Assembly: GCA_963764165.1 (NCBI GenBank)
Contig: CAVXRD010000002.1
Location: 1,920,001-1,984,000, forward strand
Direction of reading: 5' to 3'
Origin: an uncultured Verrucomicrobiae bacterium
Lineage (GTDB): Bacteria; Verrucomicrobiota; Verrucomicrobiia; Limisphaerales; Palsa-1400
DNA: 64,000 nucleotides
Both the position numbers and the translations under genes were made by a program. The notes under the pieces were generated by a model. That model did no database searches, was not told the DNA's origin, and was given only the letters and a program-made list of their open reading frames with translations. This document shows, one piece after another, positions 9,991 through 20,027 of this stretch (position 1 is the first letter of the stretch; each line of letters opens with the position of its first letter).

Positions 9991-10563
9991 ATGCCGAAAA
10001 TTTTCCCGCTCAGTTTTCTCGTGCTGGCCGCCCTCGTTTCCGCCCAGGCGCAGCCGGCCTTCAAGGCTTATCCTTCCGAGGAAAAAATGATGGAGGGCGG
10101 AACCGCCAGCCTGCTCATCATTGAAACGGACCACGGGCACTTCGCGCTGCGCGTGCCGCGGGAATATGGCGCGCAGGTTCGCGCCATCGACCAGACCATC
10201 ATATTTTCATCCCAAAACGACAGCAGCGTCATCACTCTGAAAATGTCCACCAATTACGCGGGAAAATTGCCCAGGCAGGACGAGCTTCGCGACATCGTGG
10301 TGAAGAAATTTGCCTCCGCCTCCTTCGCGCGCGCTTCGGCCTGCTACACGTCCTGCGGCGCCGGCTCGGTGTTCGAGTTTTTTCAGCCGGCCGCAGGCAG
10401 CACCACCATCCGCATCAAGGATGCTTATCTTCCCTTCGCCGATGGCAGCTTCGAATTTACTCTGAAGTGCGACAGCCGCGATTACGAGAAGTGCCATCTC
10501 AGTTTTGACTGGCTATTAAATTCCTTCCGCTTGCAAGCCGATACTGGTATTACACAACGATGA
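9991..10563 (+). CDS. Hypothetical secreted protein
   Basis: Signal peptide ending AQA; lies in the operon and its stop overlaps the pilM ATG. Confidence 0.6.
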   Translation: MPKIFPLSFLVLAALVSAQAQPAFKAYPSEEKMMEGGTASLLIIETDHGHFALRVPREYGAQVRAIDQTIIFSSQNDSSVITLKMSTNYAGKLPRQDELRDIVVKKFASASFARASACYTSCGAGSVFEFFQPAAGSTTIRIKDAYLPFADGSFEFTLKCDSRDYEKCHLSFDWLLNSFRLQADTGITQR

Positions 10564-11624
10564 CATTTCCGTTCCTAAACGGCAAAAAAAACCGCGACCA
10601 GGTTTTTGCGGTCGATTTGGGGTCGCGCACAACCAAGGCGGTTTTGCTGGAGCGCTCGGATAAGGGCTACAGCCTCACCAAGTATGCCGTCCAGGATGCG
10701 CCCATCTACGACAAGGCAATGCCCCAGGGATTGCTCACCGAGCATCTTCGCGCCACCATGGAGGCCATCCAGCCGAAGACCAAGCAGGTCACCATTTCTG
10801 TCGGCGCGGGCGATTCCGTTCTGCGCAGCACCGAGCTTCCGCTGATGCCCGTCGCGGAAATGCGCCAGATGCTGAAGTTCAATTCCAAGACGCATTTGCA
10901 GCAGGATTTGCGGGATCATGTTTTCGACTGCTTCATTGTGCCCCCCCGCGGGGCGAAGCCGGGCGAACCGACCAAGGCGGGTATTGTCAAATACAAAGTT
11001 TGGGTGGGGGGGGCGCGCCGGGAATTGCTCGCCACCCTGGCCAGTTCCGTCAAGGCCGCCGGCCTGACACCCAGCCACGTCACGCTCAGCCTGCTGGGGC
11101 CGGTCAACGCCCTCGAATTTGTCCAGCCGGACACCTTCAACAAGGAAGTGGTGGCAATTGTGGATCTCGGGTTCAAGTCTTCCGCCATCAGCATTCTTGA
11201 CGACGGCGAGCTGTGCCTGAGCCGCTCGGTGGAATTGGGCGGGGATCGCATCACCACCGGCCTGGCCGAGGCGATGAACATCACTTACGCCGAGGCGGAG
11301 GGCATCAAGGTCGGCATGCCGCAAGAGGTGGAAGGGCATTTGCTGCCATTGCTCACGCCCTTGGGCCGCGAATTGCGCGCCTCGATAGATTTCTTCGAGC
11401 ACCAGCGCGAAAAGACTGTCAATAAAGTTTTGATTTGCGGCGGCGCGGCCCGGTCGGAATTCCTTGTCCAGATGCTGCAAACCGAATTGGCGGTTCAATG
11501 CAAGGCCTGGTTTCCCACCGACGGCCTGAATATCGCGCTGGGCGCGCAGCAGATGACCGAGATCGAACAAGTCTCCAGTGTTCTCGCGGTGGCCATTGGT
11601 TCCGCGGCCATGTCCCTCAGCTAA
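10560..11624 (+). CDS. pilM: Type IV pilus assembly protein PilM (actin-like)
   Basis: AVDLGSRTTK, VDLGFKSS, GGDRIT, ELRASIDFF, ICGGAA. Confidence 0.85.
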   Translation: MTFPFLNGKKNRDQVFAVDLGSRTTKAVLLERSDKGYSLTKYAVQDAPIYDKAMPQGLLTEHLRATMEAIQPKTKQVTISVGAGDSVLRSTELPLMPVAEMRQMLKFNSKTHLQQDLRDHVFDCFIVPPRGAKPGEPTKAGIVKYKVWVGGARRELLATLASSVKAAGLTPSHVTLSLLGPVNALEFVQPDTFNKEVVAIVDLGFKSSAISILDDGELCLSRSVELGGDRITTGLAEAMNITYAEAEGIKVGMPQEVEGHLLPLLTPLGRELRASIDFFEHQREKTVNKVLICGGAARSEFLVQMLQTELAVQCKAWFPTDGLNIALGAQQMTEIEQVSSVLAVAIGSAAMSLS

Positions 11625-11641
11625 CACCCTGTCAGACCCAG

Positions 11642-12529
11642 GTGCAAACCTGCCTCATCTTCAACCCCTCGGCCCGAGGGCAGAAAGCCGAGGCGTTCAA
11701 CGCCAGACTCAGCGCGCTTTTCCCCAGCGCCGCGCTGCGCCACACCAAGGGCCCCTCCGACGCCCGCCGCATTGCCAGCGACGCCGTGCGCGAAGGTTTT
11801 GGAACTGTTGTCGCCGTGGGCGGCGACGGCACCGCCAACGAAGTGGTCAATGGCATTGCCGACGTGCCGGGAGGACTGGCCGCCGTCCGGCTTGGTTTGG
11901 TGCCGCTGGGAACGATCAATGTTTTCGCCCGCGAATTGGGATTGCCGCGGAATCTGCCCGGCGCCGCGAGAATGCTCGCGGCCGGCAACGAGCTGAAAGT
12001 GGATTTGGGGCGGGCGGAATTCTGGTTGAACGGCGCCCCGCAAACCCGGGTGTTTTTGCAATTGGCCGGGGCTGGCCTCGATGCGCGGGCGGTCGAGCTT
12101 GTGAGCTGGGAATTGAAGAAAAAGACCGGCCCCATGGCTTACGTTGTCGCGGGTCTTCATGCTTTGCGCGAGAGCCAGCCCAAGATCGAAGTAACCGGTT
12201 CTGCCCCGGCTTCCGGCGAGTTGGTTCTCCTCGGGAACGGGCGTTTTTACGGAGGAAGTTTCGAACTCTTCCCGGCCGCAAGCCTCCACGACGGCCTTCT
12301 GGACATTTGTGTGCTGCCCGCCGCCAATGTTTGGTCCGCGATGCAGGCCGGAATGGGTCTGGCGACCGGGAGTGTCCACCGATTTTGGAAGTCGCAATGT
12401 TTCCGCTCGCCAACGGTAACGCTGCGGAGCGCGAGCCGCGTCGGCTTGCAATTAGATGGAGAATATGTGGGAGAACTGCCGGTGACGTTTTCGGTGCTGC
12501 CGAACGCGCTGCGGGTGATCGTCCGCTAA
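11642..12529 (+). CDS. Diacylglycerol/lipid kinase family protein (YegS/DgkB-like)
   Basis: IFNPSA, GGDGT, PLGTINVFA, GAGLDA, NGRFYGG, QLDGE; GTG start at 11642. Confidence 0.9.
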   Translation: MQTCLIFNPSARGQKAEAFNARLSALFPSAALRHTKGPSDARRIASDAVREGFGTVVAVGGDGTANEVVNGIADVPGGLAAVRLGLVPLGTINVFARELGLPRNLPGAARMLAAGNELKVDLGRAEFWLNGAPQTRVFLQLAGAGLDARAVELVSWELKKKTGPMAYVVAGLHALRESQPKIEVTGSAPASGELVLLGNGRFYGGSFELFPAASLHDGLLDICVLPAANVWSAMQAGMGLATGSVHRFWKSQCFRSPTVTLRSASRVGLQLDGEYVGELPVTFSVLPNALRVIVR

Positions 12530-12551
12530 AAAAAGCGGATAAGGCATTGAT

Positions 12552-12621
12552 GAATCAGGAACGACCGAACTCAGGAACAGAGGCTGAGGCCTCTTTTCCT
12601 GCGGTCGGTCGTTCCTGATTC
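12552..12621. repeat. Palindromic element (AATCAGGAACGACCGA family), copy 1
   Basis: gaatcaggaacgaccga is a perfect 17-bp inverted repeat with tcggtcgttcctgattc; same arms at 26757-26917. Confidence 0.8.
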
Positions 12622-12761
12622 AATTATGTTTCCCCTCCTCTCGGTATCGCTGAGATCTCTTTTCATGAGTTCGTGAGTCCCAGATTCAATTTCCTTCCCA
12701 ATACCCAAAAGGCTCAAAATTGGTTTTGAGTTTTCCCCCTTTGGCAAGGTAGCCTTCCGCG

Positions 12762-13469
12762 ATGAAACATACTGGGCGAGCTCGGAGCGCCGCGCTGAGA
12801 CTGATTTTGATGTCGCTGGCATTGGTTTGCGTGGCCGGTCTTTTGGCCTTCGGCCTGGGATTGGTGGGTGTCATTGCCAAATTTCTGTCCGGCATCCTCG
12901 TCATTTTATTTGTGGTCCTGGGCGCGATCTGGATTTTGTTTGCGCTGTTCACTCTCTACTTTTTCCGCGACCCGGATCCGGATCCGCCTCGGGAGCCCGG
13001 CGTGGTGCTTTGCCCGGGGCACGGCAAGATTGACGCGATCGAACAAATCGACAATTCGGAATATCCCGGAGGCCGATGCCATCGCATTTCGATATTCCTG
13101 TCGGTCATAGATATTCACGTGCAAAACGCGCCCGTCAGCGGAAAAGTTGTATTGGTGAAGCATACAGCGGGAAGATTCATCAGCGCGCTGGAGGCCGATT
13201 CCGCCGTCCACAACGAAAACGTGCTGATTGGTCTGGAATGCGCGGAAACCATTGGCGAGAAAATCGGCGTGCGCCTCATTGCAGGCGTGCTGGCGCGGCG
13301 CATCATCCCATTCGTCAAGGCGGGCGATGAACTCAATCGCGGCGATCGCATGAGTTTGATTCAATTTGGCTCCCGCTGCGACCTCTACCTGCCACTGTCA
13401 TATAAACTCAAAGTAAAGGTTGGCGACCGCGGCATCGGCGGCAAAACGGTGATGGCGTCCAAAATATAA
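12762..13469 (+). CDS. psd: Phosphatidylserine decarboxylase proenzyme
   Basis: YFFRDP, SIFLSxxDIHVQ, HNEN, IQFGSRCD autocleavage motif; adjacent to pssA. Confidence 0.9.
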   Translation: MKHTGRARSAALRLILMSLALVCVAGLLAFGLGLVGVIAKFLSGILVILFVVLGAIWILFALFTLYFFRDPDPDPPREPGVVLCPGHGKIDAIEQIDNSEYPGGRCHRISIFLSVIDIHVQNAPVSGKVVLVKHTAGRFISALEADSAVHNENVLIGLECAETIGEKIGVRLIAGVLARRIIPFVKAGDELNRGDRMSLIQFGSRCDLYLPLSYKLKVKVGDRGIGGKTVMASKI

Positions 13470-13471
13470 TT

Positions 13472-14326
13472 ATGGAACCCGCTCCGCCCGAGAACGACGG
13501 CCCGTTCAAGATTCATTTTCTTCCGAATCTGATGACGGCGGGAAATCTTCTCAGCGGTTTTGTTGCGCTGGGTTACATCGTTGAGGCGCCGCTGGGGCCC
13601 GCGGGAAACTGGCAGATCAAAACCGCCCTGCTGTTCATTCTCCTCGCCTGCATTTTCGACGCGCTCGACGGGCGGCTCGCGAGGATGGGAGGCGTGGAAA
13701 GTCCCTTCGGGCGTGAATTCGATTCGTTGGCGGATTTGATTTCCTTCGGCGCCGCGCCAGCCTTCCTTGTGCATCGCGTGGTGTTGCGCGAAGTGTTTGC
13801 CGACAAGCCTGAGCTGGGCTGGTTCATTGCCTCGATTTATTTGATTTGCGGCGCCCTGCGGCTGGCCCGCTTCAATTGTTTGGCCGCGATGTCCGGCGGC
13901 GGGGGCGGGAAGGAGTTCCTCGGATTTCCCATCCCGGCGGCGGCGGGATTGGTGGCATCGTTGACGATGTTTCTGATGTGGGATGAAGACCGCATTGATC
14001 TTTCCAAGGGCTCATGGCGTTATTTGCTGCCGACGGTGCTGATGTTTCTTTCATTCATGATGGTAAGCGAGGTCAAATATCCATCGTTCAAAAATCTGGA
14101 TCTGCGCTCGCGCCGATCGTTTTCCAAGACGGCTATCTTCATAATCCTGCTCGCCGCGCTGTTTATCGGGCGGCGCATTATATTGCCGGTGGTGCTGCCG
14201 ATCATGTTCACCATTTATCTGCTCTACGGTTTCATCCGCCCGCGCATTTCCAGAAAAGTCCGGCACGAAATTGAGGAGGACGAGGAAGACGAAGAAGGAA
14301 AGAACGGCGGCCCGCCCGCCGATTAA
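13472..14326 (+). CDS. pssA: CDP-diacylglycerol--serine O-phosphatidyltransferase
   Basis: DALDGRLAR...FGREFDSLADLISFG CDP-alcohol motif; RLARFN; FLGFPIP. Confidence 0.92.
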   Translation: MEPAPPENDGPFKIHFLPNLMTAGNLLSGFVALGYIVEAPLGPAGNWQIKTALLFILLACIFDALDGRLARMGGVESPFGREFDSLADLISFGAAPAFLVHRVVLREVFADKPELGWFIASIYLICGALRLARFNCLAAMSGGGGGKEFLGFPIPAAAGLVASLTMFLMWDEDRIDLSKGSWRYLLPTVLMFLSFMMVSEVKYPSFKNLDLRSRRSFSKTAIFIILLAALFIGRRIILPVVLPIMFTIYLLYGFIRPRISRKVRHEIEEDEEDEEGKNGGPPAD

Positions 14327-14327
14327 T

Positions 14328-14993
14328 ATGGAAGGGCATCATCTTCTTCTGGCGTTCATCACCGGATTTGTCAGCGGATTCATCCTGAGCGTCCCGGTTG
14401 GGCCGGTCAATGTGACGATTCTCAACGAAGGCGCAAGGCGCGGCCTGATGTGGGCGGTTCTGATCGGGATCGGCGCCTCGATTATGGAGGTCATTTATTG
14501 CGCGCTGGCGTTCACCGGGTTCGCTTCGCTGTTCACAGGCAAGAAGGTCAAGGCGATCATGGAGTTCGTCAGCTTTGGCTTCATGCTTTATCTGGGCATC
14601 CGCTTTTTGCTGACGAAGGAAGTGCCGTCCTGCGTGGCTGAGGGGGGCAAATTCCAAAAGAAATTGCATCCGCACTCCGCCTTCGCCATCGGATTGGTGC
14701 GCGTCATGTGCAACCCGGGTGTATTCGTCTTTTGGATCTTTTTGGCGATCAAGTTTCGCGCCAGCGATTGGGTCGGCGGAACCTGGGGGGATGTCTGGAT
14801 GTGTGTGGCGGGCGTAGGCGCGGGCACGAGCCTTTGGTTTACAGGATTGAGTTACGCCGTGTCACGCGGATACGGAAAATTCACCCCGAAAACCCTGCTT
14901 CGCATGGAGCATGGCTCCGGCATCGCAATGCTGCTGCTGGCTTTGGGCGAAGGCATCCACATTGTCATACAAATGGTGAAGCACGAATTGTAG
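14328..14993 (+). CDS. LysE family translocator
   Basis: SVPVGPVN, NPG motif, about six TM helices. Confidence 0.8.
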   Translation: MEGHHLLLAFITGFVSGFILSVPVGPVNVTILNEGARRGLMWAVLIGIGASIMEVIYCALAFTGFASLFTGKKVKAIMEFVSFGFMLYLGIRFLLTKEVPSCVAEGGKFQKKLHPHSAFAIGLVRVMCNPGVFVFWIFLAIKFRASDWVGGTWGDVWMCVAGVGAGTSLWFTGLSYAVSRGYGKFTPKTLLRMEHGSGIAMLLLALGEGIHIVIQMVKHEL

Positions 14994-14999
14994 TGGCAA

Positions 15000-15085
15000 A
15001 GGTAGGGACGCCTCGCCGAGGCGTCCGAGGACTCTCGCGAGTCCGAACGCATTCGAAAAACACTACGGCCTCGGACGCCTCGGCG
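15000..15085. repeat. GTAG-type REP pair; second REP split by IS1182 (rest at 16769-16786)
   Basis: AGGTAGGGACGCCTCGCCGAGGCGTCCG at 15000; cggacgcctcggcg interrupted at 15085. Confidence 0.85.
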
Positions 15086-16768
15086 GAGACTGTCTCAAAA
15101 CGTTTTAGTCTGGCCGATCTGGTTATATGGGCACCAATAGGGGCTGTGGAAACGGGTGTCAACTTTTAGTTGTCAGAGCGTGGCTGGCGTCAGCGATGAC
15201 GCCAAGCTTCCCTTTCCCTCCTTTTTTAGGCCGCCATCGCCAAATTTCCTTCAACCGCGGCGGTTTTGACTTCCATTTTCGGCGTCTGGACCCGGGCCTG
15301 CCACTTTTTATAGAGGATTCGCAGGTTCAAGGTGGCGCATAACAAGGCCCATTGGGCTTGCACGGCTTCCAGACCCCAAACTGTCCAACGCCGAAAGCCG
15401 TCGTGTTGCTTGAGCTGCCCAAACCGGCGTTCGATGATCTCTTTGCGCTTTCCATAAAGCGCGGCGGGTCCTGGCTCTTGCAGCCGGGCCCGCATGGCTT
15501 GCACCAGCGTGGTGTGCGGCCACACTTCGACTTGCCGCCCTTTGGGATCGCGGCTGCAGAGGGCGCGCACGGGACAGTCTCGGTGATGGCAGCGGAAGCG
15601 CTCAACGGTCTGGCCTTTCTTGGTGGTCTGGCCTTCGTGGTCCAGAAGGCGCTCTTGCGGGCAGGTGACGGTGTGGGCCGCCTCGTCATAATGAAAATGC
15701 TGCGTCGCGTAGGCGTTGTCGTGGGCTGGCTTGCCCTCCGCCGGCGGGGCCAGCACATTCATCTGCTGTTCCACGGCCGCTTTCAAGTCGGCCCCGCCCC
15801 CATAGCCGGCGTCGGCGGCGGTGAGGGTTGGAATGGCCGCCGGACCGAGGTTTTGCCTCGCTTCTTCAATCATGGGGACCAGCTGGCCGGCGTCGGTTTC
15901 CTGGCGGGTGGCTTGACAGGCGACCATGATGCCCTCCTGGCTGTCGGCCACCGCCTGGGCGTTGTAGGCAAAGCGGTTGGTGTCGCCGACTTTCATCCGG
16001 CGCGCCTCCGGTTCGGCTGGATGGTAATGGTGGCGCCCGTCGGCCTGCAGCTGGGCCAGGCCTTTTTTGATTTCCTCGCGCAGGGCCTGGCGCTGGGCCA
16101 ACCCGGCGGGCAGCCGGCAGCCCGGTGCGCTGGAATCCTGGTTCTCCGCCACGACTTTGAGCTCGATTTCCTCCAAGGCGCCATCCAGCTGGGCCAGGAG
16201 CTTCTCCATGTAAACCTTGCTCCAGCCCTGCGGCCCGCTGCAGGCGGCTTGAATCTTGGTGCCGTCCAACGCTTGCAAGGCAAATCCCACCGCCCCGGTG
16301 CGGAGGGCCAGCTGCACGGTTTGCTTGAAAACCTGGCGCAGGGCCTTTTTGTTTCCGTCCCAGAACCGCCAGAGGCTGTTGTGGTCGGGGGCGTTGAGCC
16401 CCGTCAGCCACAGCAGCGAGACATGCTCCGTGCAGGCGGTTTCCAGCTTGCGGGTGGAGCGAATGCGGTGGAAATAACCGTAAAGCCAAATCTTGAGCAG
16501 GAGGCTGGGGGCATAGGGCGGACGGCCTTCGGCGGCGGCGGGAATGACAAACCCAAGCTGGGGCAGATCCAACTGGTCGACAAATTCGCGCAGGAAGCGG
16601 GCGGGATGGTCGGCGGACACCCAGTCCTCCAGGGCGGGCGGGAGGAGGAACTGCTGTCCGTAATCAGGGGCAATCGGTTGAGCCATATTTGTTGAACGGC
16701 ATTGTCAACTAAAGGCTCACATATTGTCAAATACATTCCTCAAAAAACAGAAGTTTTGAGACAATCTC
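15086..16768 (-). mobile_element. IS1182-family insertion sequence, 1683 bp
   Basis: Terminal IRs GAGACTGTCTCAAAAC / GTTTTGAGACAATCTC (15/16); 4-bp target duplication GGCG at 15082-15085 and 16769-16772. Confidence 0.92.
15226..16686 (-). CDS. IS1182 family DDE transposase
   Basis: LLPPALEDWV..DHPARF, GRPPY.P..LLKIWLYGY, DGTKIQA, YNAQ, ADAGY, IERRFGQLK. Confidence 0.93.
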   Translation of the reverse strand: MAQPIAPDYGQQFLLPPALEDWVSADHPARFLREFVDQLDLPQLGFVIPAAAEGRPPYAPSLLLKIWLYGYFHRIRSTRKLETACTEHVSLLWLTGLNAPDHNSLWRFWDGNKKALRQVFKQTVQLALRTGAVGFALQALDGTKIQAACSGPQGWSKVYMEKLLAQLDGALEEIELKVVAENQDSSAPGCRLPAGLAQRQALREEIKKGLAQLQADGRHHYHPAEPEARRMKVGDTNRFAYNAQAVADSQEGIMVACQATRQETDAGQLVPMIEEARQNLGPAAIPTLTAADAGYGGGADLKAAVEQQMNVLAPPAEGKPAHDNAYATQHFHYDEAAHTVTCPQERLLDHEGQTTKKGQTVERFRCHHRDCPVRALCSRDPKGRQVEVWPHTTLVQAMRARLQEPGPAALYGKRKEIIERRFGQLKQHDGFRRWTVWGLEAVQAQWALLCATLNLRILYKKWQARVQTPKMEVKTAAVEGNLAMAA

Positions 16769-16791
16769 GGCGAGGCGTCCCTACCTTTCAG

Positions 16792-17445
16792 TCAGATCCC
16801 CAGAACCCGGTTCAACTCCCCGAAATCGTCAATGACATGTCTAGCCGCCTTCGCCACAGCCGGCGTTTTGGGGCGGAAGGCGATGGGCAATCCCACTTTC
16901 TCGAAGCACGGGATATCGTTCTCGTGGTCGCCCACGTGGCAAATCTCTTGCGGGCGAACCGAGTATTGACTGCAAATTTTCGGCAGCAGCAAATGCTTTT
17001 CCCAGGGAGAAACGGACATGTCAAATGTTCCGCTGAACACGCCGTTCTCCGTGTGCATGATGTTGCAGAAGCAGAAATCCAGCGCCGTTTCCCGCGCCGC
17101 ACGCTTGCCAACGAGATCAAGGCAGCCGGACAGCAATCCGCGCACGAGCCGGCCGCGGCTGGCCTCCAGGAATTCCCGCGCGCCGGGCGAATAGGGAATC
17201 GGAAACAAGACAGGCTCCGCGATATGAAGCGAGCGCCCGCGCAAATCCGCCGCGTCCTCCTCGGCCCATTGGTTGCTTTTGTCGACGGCAAGGTAATATT
17301 TTTTGCAGCGCGCGTCCCAGGTTTCTTTCAATCCATAGGCGAACGCCACGGCGTCCCAGCTTGAATGAAACTCGCTGCCGATTTCCGTGTAGGCGAAGAG
17401 GCAGCCATCGCCATCGATGGTGACAAGTTTGATCGGCTGGCTCAT
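16792..17445 (-). CDS. HAD-superfamily phosphatase (SerB-like)
   Basis: DGDGCL motif I, LLSG motif II, conserved K, VGDHEND motif IV. Confidence 0.85.
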   Translation of the reverse strand: MSQPIKLVTIDGDGCLFAYTEIGSEFHSSWDAVAFAYGLKETWDARCKKYYLAVDKSNQWAEEDAADLRGRSLHIAEPVLFPIPYSPGAREFLEASRGRLVRGLLSGCLDLVGKRAARETALDFCFCNIMHTENGVFSGTFDMSVSPWEKHLLLPKICSQYSVRPQEICHVGDHENDIPCFEKVGLPIAFRPKTPAVAKAARHVIDDFGELNRVLGI

Positions 17446-18953
17446 TGGGAGAGCTTGGCTGCCTCATCGCGTTCGCGTTCGGCAATGTATTTGCGCGTGG
17501 CAGCGGGAAGTTGATTCCACATCGAAACGGCAAAGATCGTTCCCAGCACCGCAAACGGCAGCAGAAAGACCGGCCACCAATACCAGCGATTAATGGTGGG
17601 AAAAGTTTCGGGACTTGTCAGATAACCGGCGGCGAAAGATTGGATGCTGACGCCAAGATAAACGAATCCATCGGCGATTCCCGAGCAGGTGGCGGTCGCC
17701 TTGCGCCCGCCAAAATCCGGCGCCGCCGTTCCCGCCATGATCGAATGCACGCCGATGACGAACAGGGTGATCAGCACCGCCGACCAGCCGACGATCAGCG
17801 GCGCTTTGAAAAGGAACAGCGCGATGGCTCCCGCCAGGACAAACATGATGGCCGAGCAAATGGCCGCAGGCGGACCGCGGCGGGATTGGAAAAATTTATC
17901 GGACATCCAGCCGCCCAAAAAGCCGCCCACAATTCCGAATACGCACACCAGCAACCCCCAATTTTTTGTGATGAAAACCGATTGCGGCTGGTTCATTTCC
18001 TTCGCGAATATCGGATACCAGGTCATGATCCCATTGCGCAGCACGCCGACCGTCACGCCGATGGCCGCCACTGTCAACATAAGTTTGCTGGCGAAGACTT
18101 TCTTAAGCAGATCCATCGTTGTCAGTTCCTCATCCATGTGGCCGCTCGAGGCATCGGCGGTGTCGAACGGAGGAAACCCGGCTTCCTCCGGCGTGTCTTT
18201 GATAATCAATAGATCGATGAGCGCCCATGCCATGAGCACCGCGGCAGGCAGATAAAACACCACCCACAGCGCGTTTGCAGCGCCGTCCCTCGGCGCGAAA
18301 ACCGAGAGCAGGAGATGATGGAACCAACCGATCTCTCCCGTCCTGTTCGCCGTCACCATCTCAACCAGCGCGTGATTCCAATCGAACGCAAAATAGACAC
18401 CCAGAGAAATGAGCGTTCCGAAAATCGCGCCGAAAACCCCGCGTTCCCGGACATGGAACCAATACGCCTTCACCTTGATGATGGAAACGGCGCCGAAACT
18501 TTGGAAATACATGTTCAACCCGTAGAGAATTGAGAAGGCCGTCCGCAAAGGAATGTGCGCGCGGTGCGTTAACATCAGATACGTCAAGTAGCCGACGGCA
18601 ACATTGGCGAGGCTTGAGCCGATGGCGCCGATGAGCATTCCATTCTTGCCGCCAATTTTATCGACCAGCGGCCCGTTGATAAGAAATGAGAAGGCATAAA
18701 CAAACGTCCCTACGCCGAAGATGATCCCGAAATCCTGGTTGGTCATGTCCTTGCCCAGCGCGATTTTGGCCACTGTCAAATTGTAGCGCGCCATGTACAT
18801 GAACGCGTAAGTCATGCCCAAGGGGAACCAGTTGATGAAGCGCCTCGTGACAAACCGGCCACTGAGTCCAAGGGGATTATTTTGGAAATAAATGAAGATG
18901 ACCGTGGCGATGCAGCCCAGGACAATCAGCGAGGAAATGAGCGTGTCGGACAT
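17442..18953 (-). CDS. MFS transporter, organophosphate:Pi antiporter (GlpT/UhpT-like)
   Basis: YAFMYMARYN, NGPLVDKIGG, ERGVFGAIF, GWMSDKFFQSRRGP. Confidence 0.82.
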   Translation of the reverse strand: MSDTLISSLIVLGCIATVIFIYFQNNPLGLSGRFVTRRFINWFPLGMTYAFMYMARYNLTVAKIALGKDMTNQDFGIIFGVGTFVYAFSFLINGPLVDKIGGKNGMLIGAIGSSLANVAVGYLTYLMLTHRAHIPLRTAFSILYGLNMYFQSFGAVSIIKVKAYWFHVRERGVFGAIFGTLISLGVYFAFDWNHALVEMVTANRTGEIGWFHHLLLSVFAPRDGAANALWVVFYLPAAVLMAWALIDLLIIKDTPEEAGFPPFDTADASSGHMDEELTTMDLLKKVFASKLMLTVAAIGVTVGVLRNGIMTWYPIFAKEMNQPQSVFITKNWGLLVCVFGIVGGFLGGWMSDKFFQSRRGPPAAICSAIMFVLAGAIALFLFKAPLIVGWSAVLITLFVIGVHSIMAGTAAPDFGGRKATATCSGIADGFVYLGVSIQSFAAGYLTSPETFPTINRWYWWPVFLLPFAVLGTIFAVSMWNQLPAATRKYIAERERDEAAKLSQ

Positions 18954-18978
18954 GGCGTGGCGGCGTCAGTTCGGTTCG

Positions 18979-20010
18979 CTACAACGTATTCAAGACATTG
19001 ATCAGATGGCGCAGCCGGCCGTAATCCTTGCGGTTGAAACCGAAGGCAATCCGCTGCAAGGAAAGTGTCGAAGGCTCATCCTGCTCTTCCGGCGAGGGGC
19101 CGACGGTCCGGATTTTTTCCCCGGTGATGATGTCCTCGAAATCTTCATTCAGCGCCTCGATGGCCGATGGTGTCGGCGCATTTTTGAGGCGGATCACCAA
19201 TTCTTCCGCAATCGAGCGCATCGAATGATAATTGCGGTAAAAGCGCGCAATATGTTTGACGGCATCCTCGACGCTTTCAGTGACATGATACAAATTCAAA
19301 TCCGGCGGGCTGATTAAATTGGAGCGCAGCAAGTGCTCGCGCATGTGTTTGTCCCACGTCCTCCAATAAGCCGAGCCGGGCGGATTGATGAGCACCAGCG
19401 GGCGCAGGCGCGTCTTGCCTGTCTGCATCAGGGTGAGCGCTTCGTAGCCTTCATCCATCGTGCCGAAGCCGCCGGGAAAAAGGGTGATGGCATCGGCATG
19501 GCGCACGAAGGTGAGCTTCCGGGTGAAGAAATATTTGAAAGTGATCAGCTTCTTGTCGCCGAACATGATCGGGTTGGTGCCTTCTTCCCACGGCAGGCGA
19601 ATGCTCGCGCCAAAACTGTTTTCCAAACCCGCGCCTTCGTGTCCGGCGCGCATGATTCCGGGGCCGGCCCCGGTGATCACCATCCAGCCGGATGCCGCCA
19701 TTTGCCTCCCAAATTCCACCGCCTGCTTGTATTCGGGCTCATCAAATTTTGTGCGGGCCGAGCCGAAGATGGTGACTTTGCGTTTCTCCGCGTACGGCTT
19801 GAACAGCCGGAACGCGTATCGCAATTCGCGAACCGCCGTGCGAATCAGCCGCACGTCGCCGCGATCCTCCACGTCGGTCAGCAATTTCAGCGCGTTGACA
19901 ATGATGTCGGCGACGAGATCGGGATTGTGCGTGCCGCCTTTGTAAATGATCAGTTCCTGGATGCGCCTCTGCAATTCAGGATCGATGGGGGATTTGAGTC
20001 TTCTTTCCAT
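18979..20010 (-). CDS. LOG family nucleotide monophosphate nucleosidase
   Basis: VTIFGSAR, ITGAGPGIM, YFFTRK, PGGFGTMDE. Confidence 0.9.
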   Translation of the reverse strand: MERRLKSPIDPELQRRIQELIIYKGGTHNPDLVADIIVNALKLLTDVEDRGDVRLIRTAVRELRYAFRLFKPYAEKRKVTIFGSARTKFDEPEYKQAVEFGRQMAASGWMVITGAGPGIMRAGHEGAGLENSFGASIRLPWEEGTNPIMFGDKKLITFKYFFTRKLTFVRHADAITLFPGGFGTMDEGYEALTLMQTGKTRLRPLVLINPPGSAYWRTWDKHMREHLLRSNLISPPDLNLYHVTESVEDAVKHIARFYRNYHSMRSIAEELVIRLKNAPTPSAIEALNEDFEDIITGEKIRTVGPSPEEQDEPSTLSLQRIAFGFNRKDYGRLRHLINVLNTL

Positions 20011-20027
20011 TGCTGAAGGACGGGTCT

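Noticed and set aside
10575..11627. 350-aa minus-strand ORF
   Set aside because: Antisense shadow of pilM
15352..16695. 447-aa plus-strand ORF
   Set aside because: Antisense shadow of the IS1182 transposase; no motifs
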